From an uncultured bacterium (GTDB lineage: Bacteria; Verrucomicrobiota; Verrucomicrobiia; Verrucomicrobiales; V1-33): a stretch of DNA of 64,000 nucleotides. The DNA lies in NCBI GenBank assembly GCA_903954065.1, contig CAJBME010000131.1:16906-80905 (forward strand). The letters are read 5' to 3'. The stretch's first letter is position 1. Each line of letters starts with the position of its first letter. Position numbers and translations under genes: made by a program. Shown one piece after another: positions 63,931 through 64,000 of this stretch. The notes beneath the pieces are model-generated. The model ran no database searches. It was not told where the DNA came from and worked only from the letters and a program-made list of their open reading frames with translations.

Positions 63931-64000
63931 TCATCGTCCGAGCAGCGACTTCGCGGCTTTGAAGGCATTTTGCGGTACGGCTAGCCAATCGTAGGCGCCG
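63931..64000 (-). CDS. 3' end of an unidentified upstream gene (partial)
   Basis: Hand translation of the minus strand gives ..GAYDWLAVPQNAFKAAKSLLGR*, with the stop at 63931-63933. Too short to assign a function. Confidence 0.3.
   Translation of the reverse strand, partial: GAYDWLAVPQNAFKAAKSLLGR

Overview
High-G+C bacterial chromosomal window, judged by eye. It holds about 57 protein-coding genes, one tRNA-Ser(CGA) and no rRNA, CRISPR array or intact transposase. The gene content (PEP-CTERM/exosortase, a pseudokinase fused to an FGE-sulfatase domain, Pro/Ala-rich linkers, a secretin cluster) suggests a PVC-group organism such as Verrucomicrobiota; this is inference only. Layout, left to right: (1) 1-5.6 kb: a partial MBL exonuclease/ATP-dependent ligase fusion missing from the ORF track, trmB, a membrane sulfatase-like protein and a porin-like OMP. 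(2) 5.6-6.2 kb: a non-coding stretch with a 33-nt direct repeat pair. (3) 6.2-13.8 kb: a SET-domain protein, an orphan PotD-like binding protein translationally coupled to a hybrid histidine kinase, MarR and a dehydrogenase. (4) 14.0-17 kb: tRNA-Ser followed by a small accessory islet (decayed vapBC, intact vapBC, serpin). (5) 17.1-21.4 kb: a three-gene minus-strand operon centred on a pseudo-receiver/pseudokinase/FGE-sulfatase protein. (6) pabB-like and rlmN. (7) 24-34.3 kb: a minus-strand GspK + PilMNOPQ/GspLMCD-like secretin module with no ATPase, platform or pilin genes, followed by secreted cargo-like genes including a PEP-CTERM protein. I rate this the most interesting candidate system. 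(8) 34.4-42.2 kb: housekeeping genes (ribBA, manA-like, HAD, pgpH-ybeY-rdgB). (9) 42.3-64 kb: a >21 kb minus-strand exopolysaccharide locus (Wza-like, exosortase, galE, sugar dehydrogenase, RmlD-like, Wzx, OMP, FrhB-like + pyruvyl transferase, four GT2, beta-helix protein, Wzy-like). The supplied ORF track uses the longest ATG/GTG/TTG extension, so many starts were trimmed by hand. Many long ORFs antisense to real genes are high-GC artefacts. All functional calls rest on motifs read by eye; no database search was run.
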